33,863 nucleotides of DNA from Candidatus Benthicola azotiphorus. Lineage in GTDB: Bacteria > Gemmatimonadota > Gemmatimonadetes > Palauibacterales > Palauibacteraceae. The stretch spans positions 1 through 33,863 of the forward strand of contig CANPVW010000258.1 in assembly GCA_947581745.1 (NCBI GenBank), written 5' to 3'. Below, in pieces: positions 1 through 7,734 of the stretch. Position numbers and translations under genes: made by a program. The notes below the pieces were generated by a model. It did not search any database. It was not told where the DNA came from and saw only the letters and a list, made by a program, of their open reading frames with translations. Every line of letters starts with the position of its first letter. The stretch's first letter is position 1.

Positions 1-1
1 C

Positions 2-184
2 TCGGACTTCGACGGAGGCGGGGGCGTGATCGGGTGGAGAGACGCATCCGAGACCTTCAACGTCACGCTCGAGCTCGTGCGGCGCGGCTACTCGGAAGAG
101 GACATCCGCAAGCTGTGGGGCGGCAACCTGCTTCGCGTATGGCGAGAGGTGGAGGACGTGGCGGCGGATATCCAGAGCGGCTGA
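2..184 (+). CDS. Membrane dipeptidase (peptidase M19 family), C-terminal fragment; the 5' end lies outside the window
   Basis: Frame 2 is open from the window edge to TGA at 182-184: SDFDGGGGVIGWRDASETFNVTLELVRRGYSEEDIRKLWGGNLLRVWREVEDVAADIQSG. The DFDG ... SEE.I.K..GGN.LRV...V pattern matches the conserved C-terminus of renal-dipeptidase-type M19 enzymes. It is absent from the ORF track because it has no start codon in the window. Confidence 0.6.
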   Translation, partial: SDFDGGGGVIGWRDASETFNVTLELVRRGYSEEDIRKLWGGNLLRVWREVEDVAADIQSG

Positions 185-194
185 GACAGGCCGC

Positions 195-218
195 CGGGCT
201 TCGAGGTCCGGAAGCCCG
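195..218. terminator. Hairpin between convergent gene ends (8-bp stem cgggcttc/gaagcccg, 8-nt loop)
   Basis: cgggcttc (195-202) and gaagcccg (211-218) are exact reverse complements. The hairpin lies in the 48-nt gap between the dipeptidase stop (184) and the permease stop (233). There is no clear U-tract on either side. Confidence 0.35.
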
Positions 219-232
219 ATGATTCGGCGAGT

Positions 233-1552
233 TCAGGCATGGCTCTGAGCGGCCGGTCGACTCCCGGCAGCGGTGCGCCACCCGTAGTGGGCGATCACGA
301 CAAAGCAGATCACGACGAGCACGAAGGACGCCCGGACCGCGGGAAAGGTGACGCCGCCCAGGCTTACGGTATCGAGGTCGATGATGGCTCCCTGCAGAGG
401 CGGCATGACCGAGCCGCCCAGGATGGCCATGATCAGGCCCGCGGCCCCGAGCTTCGCGTCCTCCCCCACCCCCGTCAGGGCGATCCCGTAGATGGTCGGG
501 AACATCAGCGACATGCACGCCGAGATACCGACCAGACAATACAGTCCCGCCATTCCCGGGATGAGGATCGCGCCGAGAGTCAGTCCGGCGCCCGCGAGCG
601 CCAGCCTCAGGAGGAGGCCGCCGGGACTCACGTACTTGAGCAGGAACGTACAGATGAACCGGCTGCTCACGAAGATCACCATCGCGATCATGTTGTAGCC
701 CTGTGCCTGCACCTCGCTCAGTCCCAGCTCCATCGTCCCGTAGTGGATGATGAAGGTCCAGCACATGATCTGGGCGCCCACGTAGAAGAACTGGGCGACG
801 ACCCCTTCCACGTAGCGTCGATTCCCGGCCAGCCGGCGGAGTGTGGGCCTGACGTCGAGAGATCGGTCTTCTTCTCCGGCGGCCGGCATCCGTGCGGCGG
901 CGAGGGCGACGAAGACCACCACGAGGACGAGAGCGATTCCGAGGTAGGGAGTCCGGATCACCGCCAGGTCACTGGCCGTGAGAGCGGCCAGCCGGTCGGC
1001 AGGCATGGCCGCCCGCTCCGCGGCGGTCGCCGGGTCGAGACGGGCGAGGATGAGCTGCTGCGCCACGAACATGCCCAGCAGCGATCCCATGGGGTTGAAG
1101 GACTGGGCCAGGTTGAGGCGCCGGGTCGCCGTCTCCTCGGAGCCCATCGACAGGATGTACGGGTTGGCGCTGGTCTCGAGGAACGACAGACCGCAGGTGA
1201 GGATGAAGTAGGCAGCGAGGAAGGGCCAGAACACCATCATCAGGCTGCCCGGAATGAACAGAAGGGCTCCTGTGGCGTAGAGCCCGAGGCCGACCAGGAT
1301 GCCCGCCTTGTACGAGTAGCGCTTGATGAACAGCGCCGCCGGGAAGGCCATGGCGAAGTAGCCACCGTAGAAGGCGAACTGCACCAGTGATCCCTGGAAG
1401 TTGCTCATCTGGAGGATGCGGGAGAACGCCTTCACCATCGGGTTCGTGATGTCGTTGGCGAATCCCCATAGCGGGAACAGGATGGTGACCAGGACGAAGG
1501 GGATGAGAACCGGGGACGGAACGACCCTGCCGGAGACCTTCGCCTTCTCCAT
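233..1552 (-). CDS. fucP: L-fucose:H+ symporter-type MFS permease (FucP family)
   Basis: The 439-aa product starts at MEKAKVSGRVV (ATG 1552-1550). It aligns by eye with E. coli FucP along its length: PLWGFANDITNPMV, FQGSLVQFAFYGGYF, KRYSYKAGILVGLGLYATGALLF, LETSANPY (conserved Glu), RLNLAQSFNPMGS, QFFYVGAQ. The longer 568-aa track ORF is an Arg/Gly-rich extension that runs antisense-in-frame over the upstream gene. The ATG overlaps the upstream stop by 1 nt (TGATG). Confidence 0.88.
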   Translation of the reverse strand: MEKAKVSGRVVPSPVLIPFVLVTILFPLWGFANDITNPMVKAFSRILQMSNFQGSLVQFAFYGGYFAMAFPAALFIKRYSYKAGILVGLGLYATGALLFIPGSLMMVFWPFLAAYFILTCGLSFLETSANPYILSMGSEETATRRLNLAQSFNPMGSLLGMFVAQQLILARLDPATAAERAAMPADRLAALTASDLAVIRTPYLGIALVLVVVFVALAAARMPAAGEEDRSLDVRPTLRRLAGNRRYVEGVVAQFFYVGAQIMCWTFIIHYGTMELGLSEVQAQGYNMIAMVIFVSSRFICTFLLKYVSPGGLLLRLALAGAGLTLGAILIPGMAGLYCLVGISACMSLMFPTIYGIALTGVGEDAKLGAAGLIMAILGGSVMPPLQGAIIDLDTVSLGGVTFPAVRASFVLVVICFVVIAHYGWRTAAGSRPAAQSHA

Positions 1553-2289
1553 CAGAACCCCCTGAAATCCGTGCTCCGCCTGGCCGGGAGCCCCGCCCGG
1601 GGCAGCCGTCGGAGGACCCGGTACTCGATGCCGCGCGCCTCGCAGAACTCGCGCTTCTCGGGTCGATCGCCGTCTTCGTTCACCGCGTAGATGTCCGGCT
1701 GGAGGAGATCGATCTCCGGCTCGGCGTCCAGCCAGCCCCAGCCCGTGGCGACCACGGCCTTCTTCACGTGACGAATCGAGCCGACCATGTAGCGTCGCTC
1801 TTCTTCTGGAAACAGGGGGTGACCCTCTCCCTTCAGAAAGCGGATGTTCCGATCGCTTCCGACGGTTACGTAGAGGTCGGCGAGCTCCGCGACTTCTTCG
1901 AAGAAGCGCACGTGTCCGGAGTGAAGCCAGTCGTAGCATCCGGTCACGATGGCCTTCCTGCGGCCGCCGGATCCCGCAGGCATCTCCTCTCCCTCGGGCC
2001 CGGGAAAGCCTGTCAGGTCCGAGTCCGGGACGGTCAGGTACTCCAGGCCCGCGGTCGGCCCCTCGACCAGCCTGACGCTGGAAACGAAGCGGATGGCCTC
2101 GAGGACGTAACGCCGCTCGTCCTCCGGGAAGGCGGGCGGGCTGCCTGTGATTCTCGCGACGGCCTCGTCCGAGAGGAGCGAGACGTCGACGGCACCCAGC
2201 CGCGCGGCTTCCTGCAGGAACCGGACTTCCCTGGACCGCAGATCGTCGAAACTGCCCAGGACCTGGATCGTGCCGGTCTGATCAGGCAT
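1552..2289 (-). CDS. Tandem cytidylyltransferase-like (HxGH) nucleotidyltransferase; N-terminal domain degenerate, C-terminal domain intact
   Basis: The protein has two CT-like halves. Residues ~8-75 read VLGSFDDLRSREVRFLQEAARLG...EDERRYVLEAIRFV, with HxGH replaced by LRSRE. Residues ~115-245 read VTGCYDWLHSGHVRFFEEVAELAD...EEERRYMVGSIRHV, with an intact HSGH and a C-terminal RRSTD resembling the RTxGxST motif. The start overlaps the kinase stop by 8 nt. Confidence 0.8.
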   Translation of the reverse strand: MPDQTGTIQVLGSFDDLRSREVRFLQEAARLGAVDVSLLSDEAVARITGSPPAFPEDERRYVLEAIRFVSSVRLVEGPTAGLEYLTVPDSDLTGFPGPEGEEMPAGSGGRRKAIVTGCYDWLHSGHVRFFEEVAELADLYVTVGSDRNIRFLKGEGHPLFPEEERRYMVGSIRHVKKAVVATGWGWLDAEPEIDLLQPDIYAVNEDGDRPEKREFCEARGIEYRVLRRLPRAGLPARRSTDFRGF

Positions 2290-3088
2290 GCGGGGCGAGG
2301 CGGATGGTGACGTTGAATGCCCCGGGCACGGGTTTCCCGGAGATCACGTAAAGGTAGCCGCCGCCGCACCCGGAATACACCGCTCCCGGGTACCCGTCCT
2401 GGTACCTGCGAAGGATGGCAGGGAGGTCCACCGTGATCGTCGGGTGCCGGAAGCTGTGCGGAACGAGGACGTCCCAGCACGTCATGGTCTCGTTCATGGC
2501 CGCACCGAGCGCCGCCACATCTCGCGCCAGGATGGCCTCGTAACAGTCCTTGCCGCTCTGACCGAGACGCCGGACCCAGACCGGATCGAAGACGACTCCC
2601 TCGAGCGGATCGTAGCCGGCGGGACGCTGGTTGACGGGGAGGATGTGAATGACTCGCTGCAACCAGGCGGCGATCTCGGGATCGTTGGTGGACTCGACCC
2701 GACGCGGGAACACGCCTCCCTCGTGTTCGAAGTCGTAGTCCAACCGCGAGATCCCGGGATAGACGATCCCGGCCATGTCCTGCGACCCGGAGGGATCCGT
2801 CCTGTCACGATTCTCGGCGACGTAGAGTTCCCTGACCAGGTCCTCCGGCGGCCGGCTCGGAAGCTCGCCCCGCCAGATCTCCATTGCCGTGTTTCGGGTG
2901 CTGGTGGCGAGTCCCGCCCGCTCCATGAACCAGAACGTGGGCTCCACGCTCACCACGACCATGGATCCGAAAGAATCCGGGTTGTGGCGGGACATGAAGG
3001 GCTGGTCGATCCAACCTCCCGCCAGAGCGAGCCGATAGGGGATCGCGCCGATCGGGTCCGTGAAATCGAGGGGTCGACCGCTCGTCAT
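2282..3088 (-). CDS. GHMP-family sugar kinase, fucokinase/HddA-like (anomeric C1 kinase clade)
   Basis: Three GHMP motifs are visible: motif I-like YRLALAGGWIDQPF, a degenerate motif II ERAGLATSTRNTA followed by SGSQD (compare G(G/K)QDQ of fucokinase/heptose kinases), and motif III YSGCGGGYLYV. The product is 268 aa and begins 4 nt downstream of the RbsD/FucU stop. Confidence 0.7.
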   Translation of the reverse strand: MTSGRPLDFTDPIGAIPYRLALAGGWIDQPFMSRHNPDSFGSMVVVSVEPTFWFMERAGLATSTRNTAMEIWRGELPSRPPEDLVRELYVAENRDRTDPSGSQDMAGIVYPGISRLDYDFEHEGGVFPRRVESTNDPEIAAWLQRVIHILPVNQRPAGYDPLEGVVFDPVWVRRLGQSGKDCYEAILARDVAALGAAMNETMTCWDVLVPHSFRHPTITVDLPAILRRYQDGYPGAVYSGCGGGYLYVISGKPVPGAFNVTIRLAPHA

Positions 3089-3092
3089 CGCG

Positions 3093-3482
3093 TCAGGCCG
3101 ACTCGATGATGACGTTGCCGTATTGGGTCGTGTCCGCGGTACGGATCAGGCCCACCGCCTGCGGCACGCGTTTCTTGAACTCCACGTGAGGTTCGAACAC
3201 GATCTCGACCGGGGCGAGCGACTGGCGGAACGCCTCGCGGACGCTCTCGTCGTTCTCGGTCAGGAATTCCTCCGCCATGTAAGCCGCGCCGATCGAGAAG
3301 CCGTCCCGCAGCGCCGCCAGCACCTGTCGCACGGTCGGAACGTCATCGACGAGAGAGATGTCGACCGTCTCCATCCGCGGCCAGAAGGGGAAGCCCCGAT
3401 CCGCGATGACCAGGGTGTTGGTATGCCGGACCCTGCCGATCAGGCCGAGAATCTCGGGATTGAGGATTCCACGCTGAAGCAC
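3093..3482 (-). CDS. RbsD/FucU family sugar mutarotase/pyranase
   Basis: The 129-aa product opens with MLQRGILNPEILGLIGRVRHTNTLVIADRGFPF, matching the RbsD/FucU N-terminal signature (LN..i..li..lGHtD.lvi.DaglP). Size is typical of the family. Confidence 0.85.
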   Translation of the reverse strand: MLQRGILNPEILGLIGRVRHTNTLVIADRGFPFWPRMETVDISLVDDVPTVRQVLAALRDGFSIGAAYMAEEFLTENDESVREAFRQSLAPVEIVFEPHVEFKKRVPQAVGLIRTADTTQYGNVIIESA

Positions 3483-3497
3483 TGGCCATTCCTGCCG

Positions 3498-4526
3498 CTA
3501 GCTGACGGTCCGTTTGCCGGCCTTCCGATCCGCGTACTGTTGCTCGATCCAGGCGTACGTCTTCTCCATGCCCTCTCTCAGCGGGATGCTCGGTTCCCAC
3601 CCGAGAACCCGCTTGATCATCGTGTTGTCGCTGTTGCGGCCTCCGACCCCGAGCGGCCCATCGACGTAGTCCCGCTCGAGCTTCACGCCGGCGATTTCCT
3701 CCACCATGGTCGCCAGCCCGTCCACGGAGACCAGTTCGGCCGATCCCAGATTGATCGGCGTCGCGATCAGGTCGTCGCAGTGCACGATCCTGTCGATGCC
3801 CTGCACGCAGTCGTCCACGTACATGAAGGTGCGCTGCCTGGAGCCATCACCCCAGATCTCGATGCGGCCCGTGCCCAGGTCCCTGGCCTCGATGACTTTG
3901 CGGCAGAAGGCGGCGGGGACCTTCTCCCTGCCTCCGTCCCAGGTGCCGAAGGGACCGTACACGGCGTGAAAGCGGGCGATGAAGGTCTTCATGCCACGCT
4001 CGGCCCAGTACTCCTGGCAGAACATCTCCGACATGAGCTTCTCCCAGCCGTATCCTCGCTCGGCCATGGCCGGGTAGGCATCGGATTCCTTCAAAGCGCG
4101 GGAGTCGGGGTCCAACTGAAGCTGCGTGTTGTAGGCACAGGCGGAGGATGAGAAAAAATACCGCCGGACGCCGGCCCGGTAGGCCGCTTCGAGCATGTGC
4201 GTCGTGATCAGAATGCTGCGCATGCACTCGATCCGATGGTGCTCGATGAAGCCCATGCCACCCATGTCCGCGGCCAGGTTGTACACCTCAACCGCGCCTT
4301 CGCAGGCACGCCTGCAGTTCCCGGGTTCGCTCAGGTCGAGGCACAGGCGTTCGACACCGGGAACGGGCTGGTACCATTCCGAGACGGGCTTCTTGTCCAC
4401 CGCCCTGATCCGTGTGAAGCCCTTGTCCTTGAAGTAGCGGGTGAGGTGGCCCGCTATGAACCCTCCGGCTCCGGCGATGACGATCAGGTCGTCCGGATGG
4501 GTCTCGGCGCTGACTGTGTCGCTCAC
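3498..4526 (-). CDS. GDP-mannose 3,5-epimerase (extended SDR, GME family)
   Basis: The product begins with a GTG start (GGAG lies 7 nt upstream) and a Rossmann motif IAGAGGFIAGHL. Blocks nearly identical to plant GME are LAADMGGMGFI, FFSSSACAY (catalytic Cys), GYGWEKL (Tyr/Lys), ARFHAVYGPFGTWDGGREKVPAAFCRK (catalytic Lys) and GRNSDN. Confidence 0.88.
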   Translation of the reverse strand: MSDTVSAETHPDDLIVIAGAGGFIAGHLTRYFKDKGFTRIRAVDKKPVSEWYQPVPGVERLCLDLSEPGNCRRACEGAVEVYNLAADMGGMGFIEHHRIECMRSILITTHMLEAAYRAGVRRYFFSSSACAYNTQLQLDPDSRALKESDAYPAMAERGYGWEKLMSEMFCQEYWAERGMKTFIARFHAVYGPFGTWDGGREKVPAAFCRKVIEARDLGTGRIEIWGDGSRQRTFMYVDDCVQGIDRIVHCDDLIATPINLGSAELVSVDGLATMVEEIAGVKLERDYVDGPLGVGGRNSDNTMIKRVLGWEPSIPLREGMEKTYAWIEQQYADRKAGKRTVS

Positions 4527-4817
4527 GGTGTGCTCCGCTGTGGCTCGTTAATACCCGGGCCATCGATTCTATCCACTGGCCATGCGTCGAGCCAGAATCC
4601 GAGCCCTCATTCTACCACAAGTCAGCTGCCCGGCATCATCGGGCGGGAACCGCTCTTCCCACGATCCGGCAGATCCGCGATCTTGGCGCATGACGACTCC
4701 GGGTTATAAGCGCTTCTTCACGAGCTCAAGCGCCGGCGCGTGTTTCGCGTCATGGCCGTGTACGGCGCGACCCGCGCTACGCGGCCTGCTCGACCGCATG
4801 AACCTTCCCGACAGCCC

Positions 4818-5252
4818 ATGAAAGCAGCCAGAGGAGAGGGACCCAGCAGGGTCATGTGCGGCCACCGATACCGGGATGCGCCCGCTGCCATTGACTGGCT
4901 GTGCGGGGTATTCGGGTTCGAGCGACACGCGGTACATTGTGACGAGGACGGCAACGTCCTTCACGCCCAGCTCGTCCTCGGCGGCGGGATGATCTTCGTG
5001 GCCTCTGCGCTCGATACGCCTTTCGCTTCCCTCATCAAGCAGCCCGAGGAGATCGACCGGTGGGAGACGCGAAACGTCTACCTGCTCGTCGAGGATGCCG
5101 ACGCCGTCCACGCGACCGCTGTTGCTGAAGGCGCGGAGATCGTGATTCCGATCGCGGATGTGCCGTACGGAGGGCGCGTGTTCACGTGCCGCGACCTGGA
5201 GGGCCACCTGTGGAGCGTCGGGACCTACGACCCGTGGTCGGATCCGGGATGA
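4818..5252 (+). CDS. VOC (glyoxalase/bleomycin-resistance/PhnB-like) family protein
   Basis: HRYRDAPAAIDWLCGVFGFE...HAQLVLGGGMIF...VYLLVEDADAVHATAVAEGAEIV.P..D.PYGGRVFTCRDLEGHLWSVGTYDPW is a typical PhnB-like VOC pattern. The start is ambiguous: ATG 4818 is chosen because it keeps the first beta-strand, and ATG 4854 is the alternative. Confidence 0.75.
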   Translation: MKAARGEGPSRVMCGHRYRDAPAAIDWLCGVFGFERHAVHCDEDGNVLHAQLVLGGGMIFVASALDTPFASLIKQPEEIDRWETRNVYLLVEDADAVHATAVAEGAEIVIPIADVPYGGRVFTCRDLEGHLWSVGTYDPWSDPG

Positions 5253-5274
5253 ACACGGCCTGTGTGACCGAGCC

Positions 5275-7053
5275 GTGAGCGCGCGGTCCGACTACGACGT
5301 CATCGTCGTGGGGTCGGGCGCTGCCGGGGGGATGTCCGCGCTGGTCCTGGCCGTGCACGGCCTCAAGGTGCTGATGCTGGAGGCCGGGAGGAACTACGAT
5401 CCGCTCGTCGAGACGCCGATGTTCCAGCTCCCCTCCGAGGCTCCGCTCAGGGGAGCGGGCACGCCGGAGAAGCCGTTCGGCTTCTACGATGCCACGGTGG
5501 ACGGCGGCTGGCAGGTACCCGGCGAACCGTACGCGAGCGCGGACGGCGCCGGCTTCATGTGGTGGCGCGCCCGCATGCTGGGCGGCCGAACCAACCACTG
5601 GGGACGCATCTCGCTCCGCATGGGCGAGTACGACTTCAGGCCATACTCGCGGGACGGCCTCGGCTTCGACTGGCCGCTGACCTACGACGACCTCGCCCCA
5701 TACTATGATCGCACCGAGGCGCTGATCGGCGTGTACGGCTCGAACGAGGGCCTGGAGAACACCCCGAGCTCGTCACCCGACGTGCTGCTTCCGCCTCCCG
5801 CTCCCCGGGTGCACGAGCTGCTCACGCGGAAGACGTGTGCTGATCAGCTGGACATACCGGTCATCCCGGCCCACCTGGCGATCCTCTCGACGCGGCAGGA
5901 CGCGGAACGGTGGCCGGCCGAGCTGTTTCCGGACAATCCACTCGCGCGCCGGGTGGTGGGTCAGTCGATGCGCTCGCGAGCGGCCTGCTTCTGGGCCACG
6001 CCGTGCGGCCGTGGATGCTCGATCAGGGCGAACTTCCAGTCTACCACCGTGCTGCTGCCGCCGGCGCTCGCCACCGGCAACCTCGAGGTCCGCACCGACG
6101 CCATGGTGCGGGAAGTGACGGTCGACTCGAGCGGCCGAGCCACGGGCGTGCACTACGTCGACAAGACGACGCGCCTCGACGAACACGCGAGCGCCAGCGT
6201 CGTGATCCTCGCCGCGAGCGCCTGCGAATCGGTCCGCATCCTCCTGAACTCGAAGTCCGGTGCGTTTCCCCAGGGCCTCGCGAATGGGAGCGGCCTGGTC
6301 GGCAAGTACCTGATGGACACGGTGGGAGCGAGCCTCGGGGGTCAGATCCCGGTCCTGGAGGGAATGCCGCCGCACAACCAGGACGGCGCGAGCGCCATGC
6401 ACCTCTACATGCCGTGGTGGCTGTACGGTCAGCAGGCCGCCGGGCGGCTCGACTTCGCGCGCGGTTACCACATCGAGTTCGGCGGTGGGCGGCGCATGCC
6501 GGGCCCAGGGGTGTTCTCCGGCCTCGAGCAATTCACCGGCGGGGTCTACGGCCGTCGTTTCAAGGAAGCCGCCCGGCGGTACTACGGATCGTTCCTGTAT
6601 TTCGACGGCCGCGGCGAGATGATCCCGAACGAGGACTGCTACTGCGAGATCGATCCGGAGCGGGTCGACCGATGGGGCATCCCGACGCTGAAATTCCACT
6701 GGAAGTGGTCGAAGCACGAGCTGAACCAGGCCCGCCACATGCAGCGCACGTTCCGCGACATCATCGAGGCCATGGGAGGCCGCGTGATGGGTACGGTGCA
6801 CGAGGACGGGGCCGACTCGATCGCCCGGCCCGGCGAGATCATTCACGAGGTAGGGGGCGCGATCATGGGGGATGATCCGGACCGCTCCGTCCTGAACCAG
6901 TACTGTCAGTCGTGGGAGGTCCCCAACCTGTTCGTCACGGATGGCGCCGGATTCGTGTCGAACGCGGACAAGAACCCGACCCTCAGCATCATGGCGATCG
7001 CCTGGCGGGCCTGCGACTACCTGATGGACCGGATGCGGGGAGGGGCGCTGTGA
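5275..7053 (+). CDS. GMC-family FAD-dependent oxidoreductase (gluconate 2-dehydrogenase flavoprotein-like large subunit)
   Basis: YDVIVVGSGAAGGMSALVLAVHGLKVLMLEAG is the FAD-binding GxGxxG fold. The GGRTNHWG block and the C-terminal NLFVTDGAGFVSNADKNPTLSIMA block are GMC signatures. A GTG at 5275 is the only start between the VOC stop and the dinucleotide fold. No signal peptide is present. Confidence 0.85.
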   Translation: MSARSDYDVIVVGSGAAGGMSALVLAVHGLKVLMLEAGRNYDPLVETPMFQLPSEAPLRGAGTPEKPFGFYDATVDGGWQVPGEPYASADGAGFMWWRARMLGGRTNHWGRISLRMGEYDFRPYSRDGLGFDWPLTYDDLAPYYDRTEALIGVYGSNEGLENTPSSSPDVLLPPPAPRVHELLTRKTCADQLDIPVIPAHLAILSTRQDAERWPAELFPDNPLARRVVGQSMRSRAACFWATPCGRGCSIRANFQSTTVLLPPALATGNLEVRTDAMVREVTVDSSGRATGVHYVDKTTRLDEHASASVVILAASACESVRILLNSKSGAFPQGLANGSGLVGKYLMDTVGASLGGQIPVLEGMPPHNQDGASAMHLYMPWWLYGQQAAGRLDFARGYHIEFGGGRRMPGPGVFSGLEQFTGGVYGRRFKEAARRYYGSFLYFDGRGEMIPNEDCYCEIDPERVDRWGIPTLKFHWKWSKHELNQARHMQRTFRDIIEAMGGRVMGTVHEDGADSIARPGEIIHEVGGAIMGDDPDRSVLNQYCQSWEVPNLFVTDGAGFVSNADKNPTLSIMAIAWRACDYLMDRMRGGAL

Positions 7054-7718
7054 TGGACGAGTGGCCGAGGCGGATGGATCGGCGGACGGCCGTGAAGCTC
7101 ATCACCGCCGCGGCGGCGGCGCCGGCCGTGCTCGGCGCCTGCGGAACCGGCGCAACCGAGTCCGCAGCTTCCCGGTCGCGCTCCGGCAACCCCCTCGCCG
7201 CGGGGACGCCCTCCGACCCGAACCTCCTCGAGCCCGTGGTCCCGTGGGACCTGACGCTGAGCGAGGACGAGCTCGCGACGCTCGCGTCACTGTGTGACAC
7301 CATCATCCCGGCCGACGATCGATCGCCGGCGGCGAGCGCGGTCGGCGCCCACGAGTTCATCGATGAATGGGTGAGCGCGCCGTACGACGCGATGCGGGAG
7401 GACGGAGTGCTCGTGCGAGGAGGGCTCGTGTGGCTCGACGAAGAATCGGAGCGACGCTTCGGGGCCCGCTTCCGCGAGCTCTCCGGTGAAAGTCGAACGG
7501 AGATCTGCGACGACATCTGCTACGCGCCGGATGCGGCTCCCGAGTTCCAGGCGGCGGCACGGTTCTTCGACAAGGTGCGCGATCTGACGGCCACCGCCTT
7601 CTACACGACTCGGGTCGGCCTGGACGACCTCGGTTACGTGGGGAACGTTCCCCTGGCCAGTTGGGACCCGCCGCCCGAGGCCGCCCTGCGCCACGCCGGT
7701 CTCAAGCCAGGTGACTGA
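7053..7718 (+). CDS. Gluconate 2-dehydrogenase subunit 3-family small subunit with twin-arginine signal (possible lipoprotein)
   Basis: The ATG overlaps the GMC stop (TGATG). The N-terminus MDEWPRRMDRRTAVKLITAAAAAPAVLGAC has a TAT-type RR motif and a lipobox-like LGAC. The core LASLCDTIIPADDRSPAASAVGAHEFID...TAFYTT matches the small subunit usually paired with this GMC clade. Confidence 0.8.
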   Translation: MDEWPRRMDRRTAVKLITAAAAAPAVLGACGTGATESAASRSRSGNPLAAGTPSDPNLLEPVVPWDLTLSEDELATLASLCDTIIPADDRSPAASAVGAHEFIDEWVSAPYDAMREDGVLVRGGLVWLDEESERRFGARFRELSGESRTEICDDICYAPDAAPEFQAAARFFDKVRDLTATAFYTTRVGLDDLGYVGNVPLASWDPPPEAALRHAGLKPGD

Positions 7719-7734
7719 CTGACCCGCTCTCCGC

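Noticed and set aside
1553-1939. N-terminal extensions offered by the ORF track: the 568-aa version of the permease, the 547-aa version of the DinB ORF (to 9378), the 362-aa cydB, the 990-aa fdsA, the 631-aa GMC protein and the 523-aa HEAT protein.
   Set aside because: The extensions are Arg/Gly-rich and overlap the upstream gene in another frame. They also precede positions where family homology, an RBS and a stop/start overlap all agree on a shorter gene.
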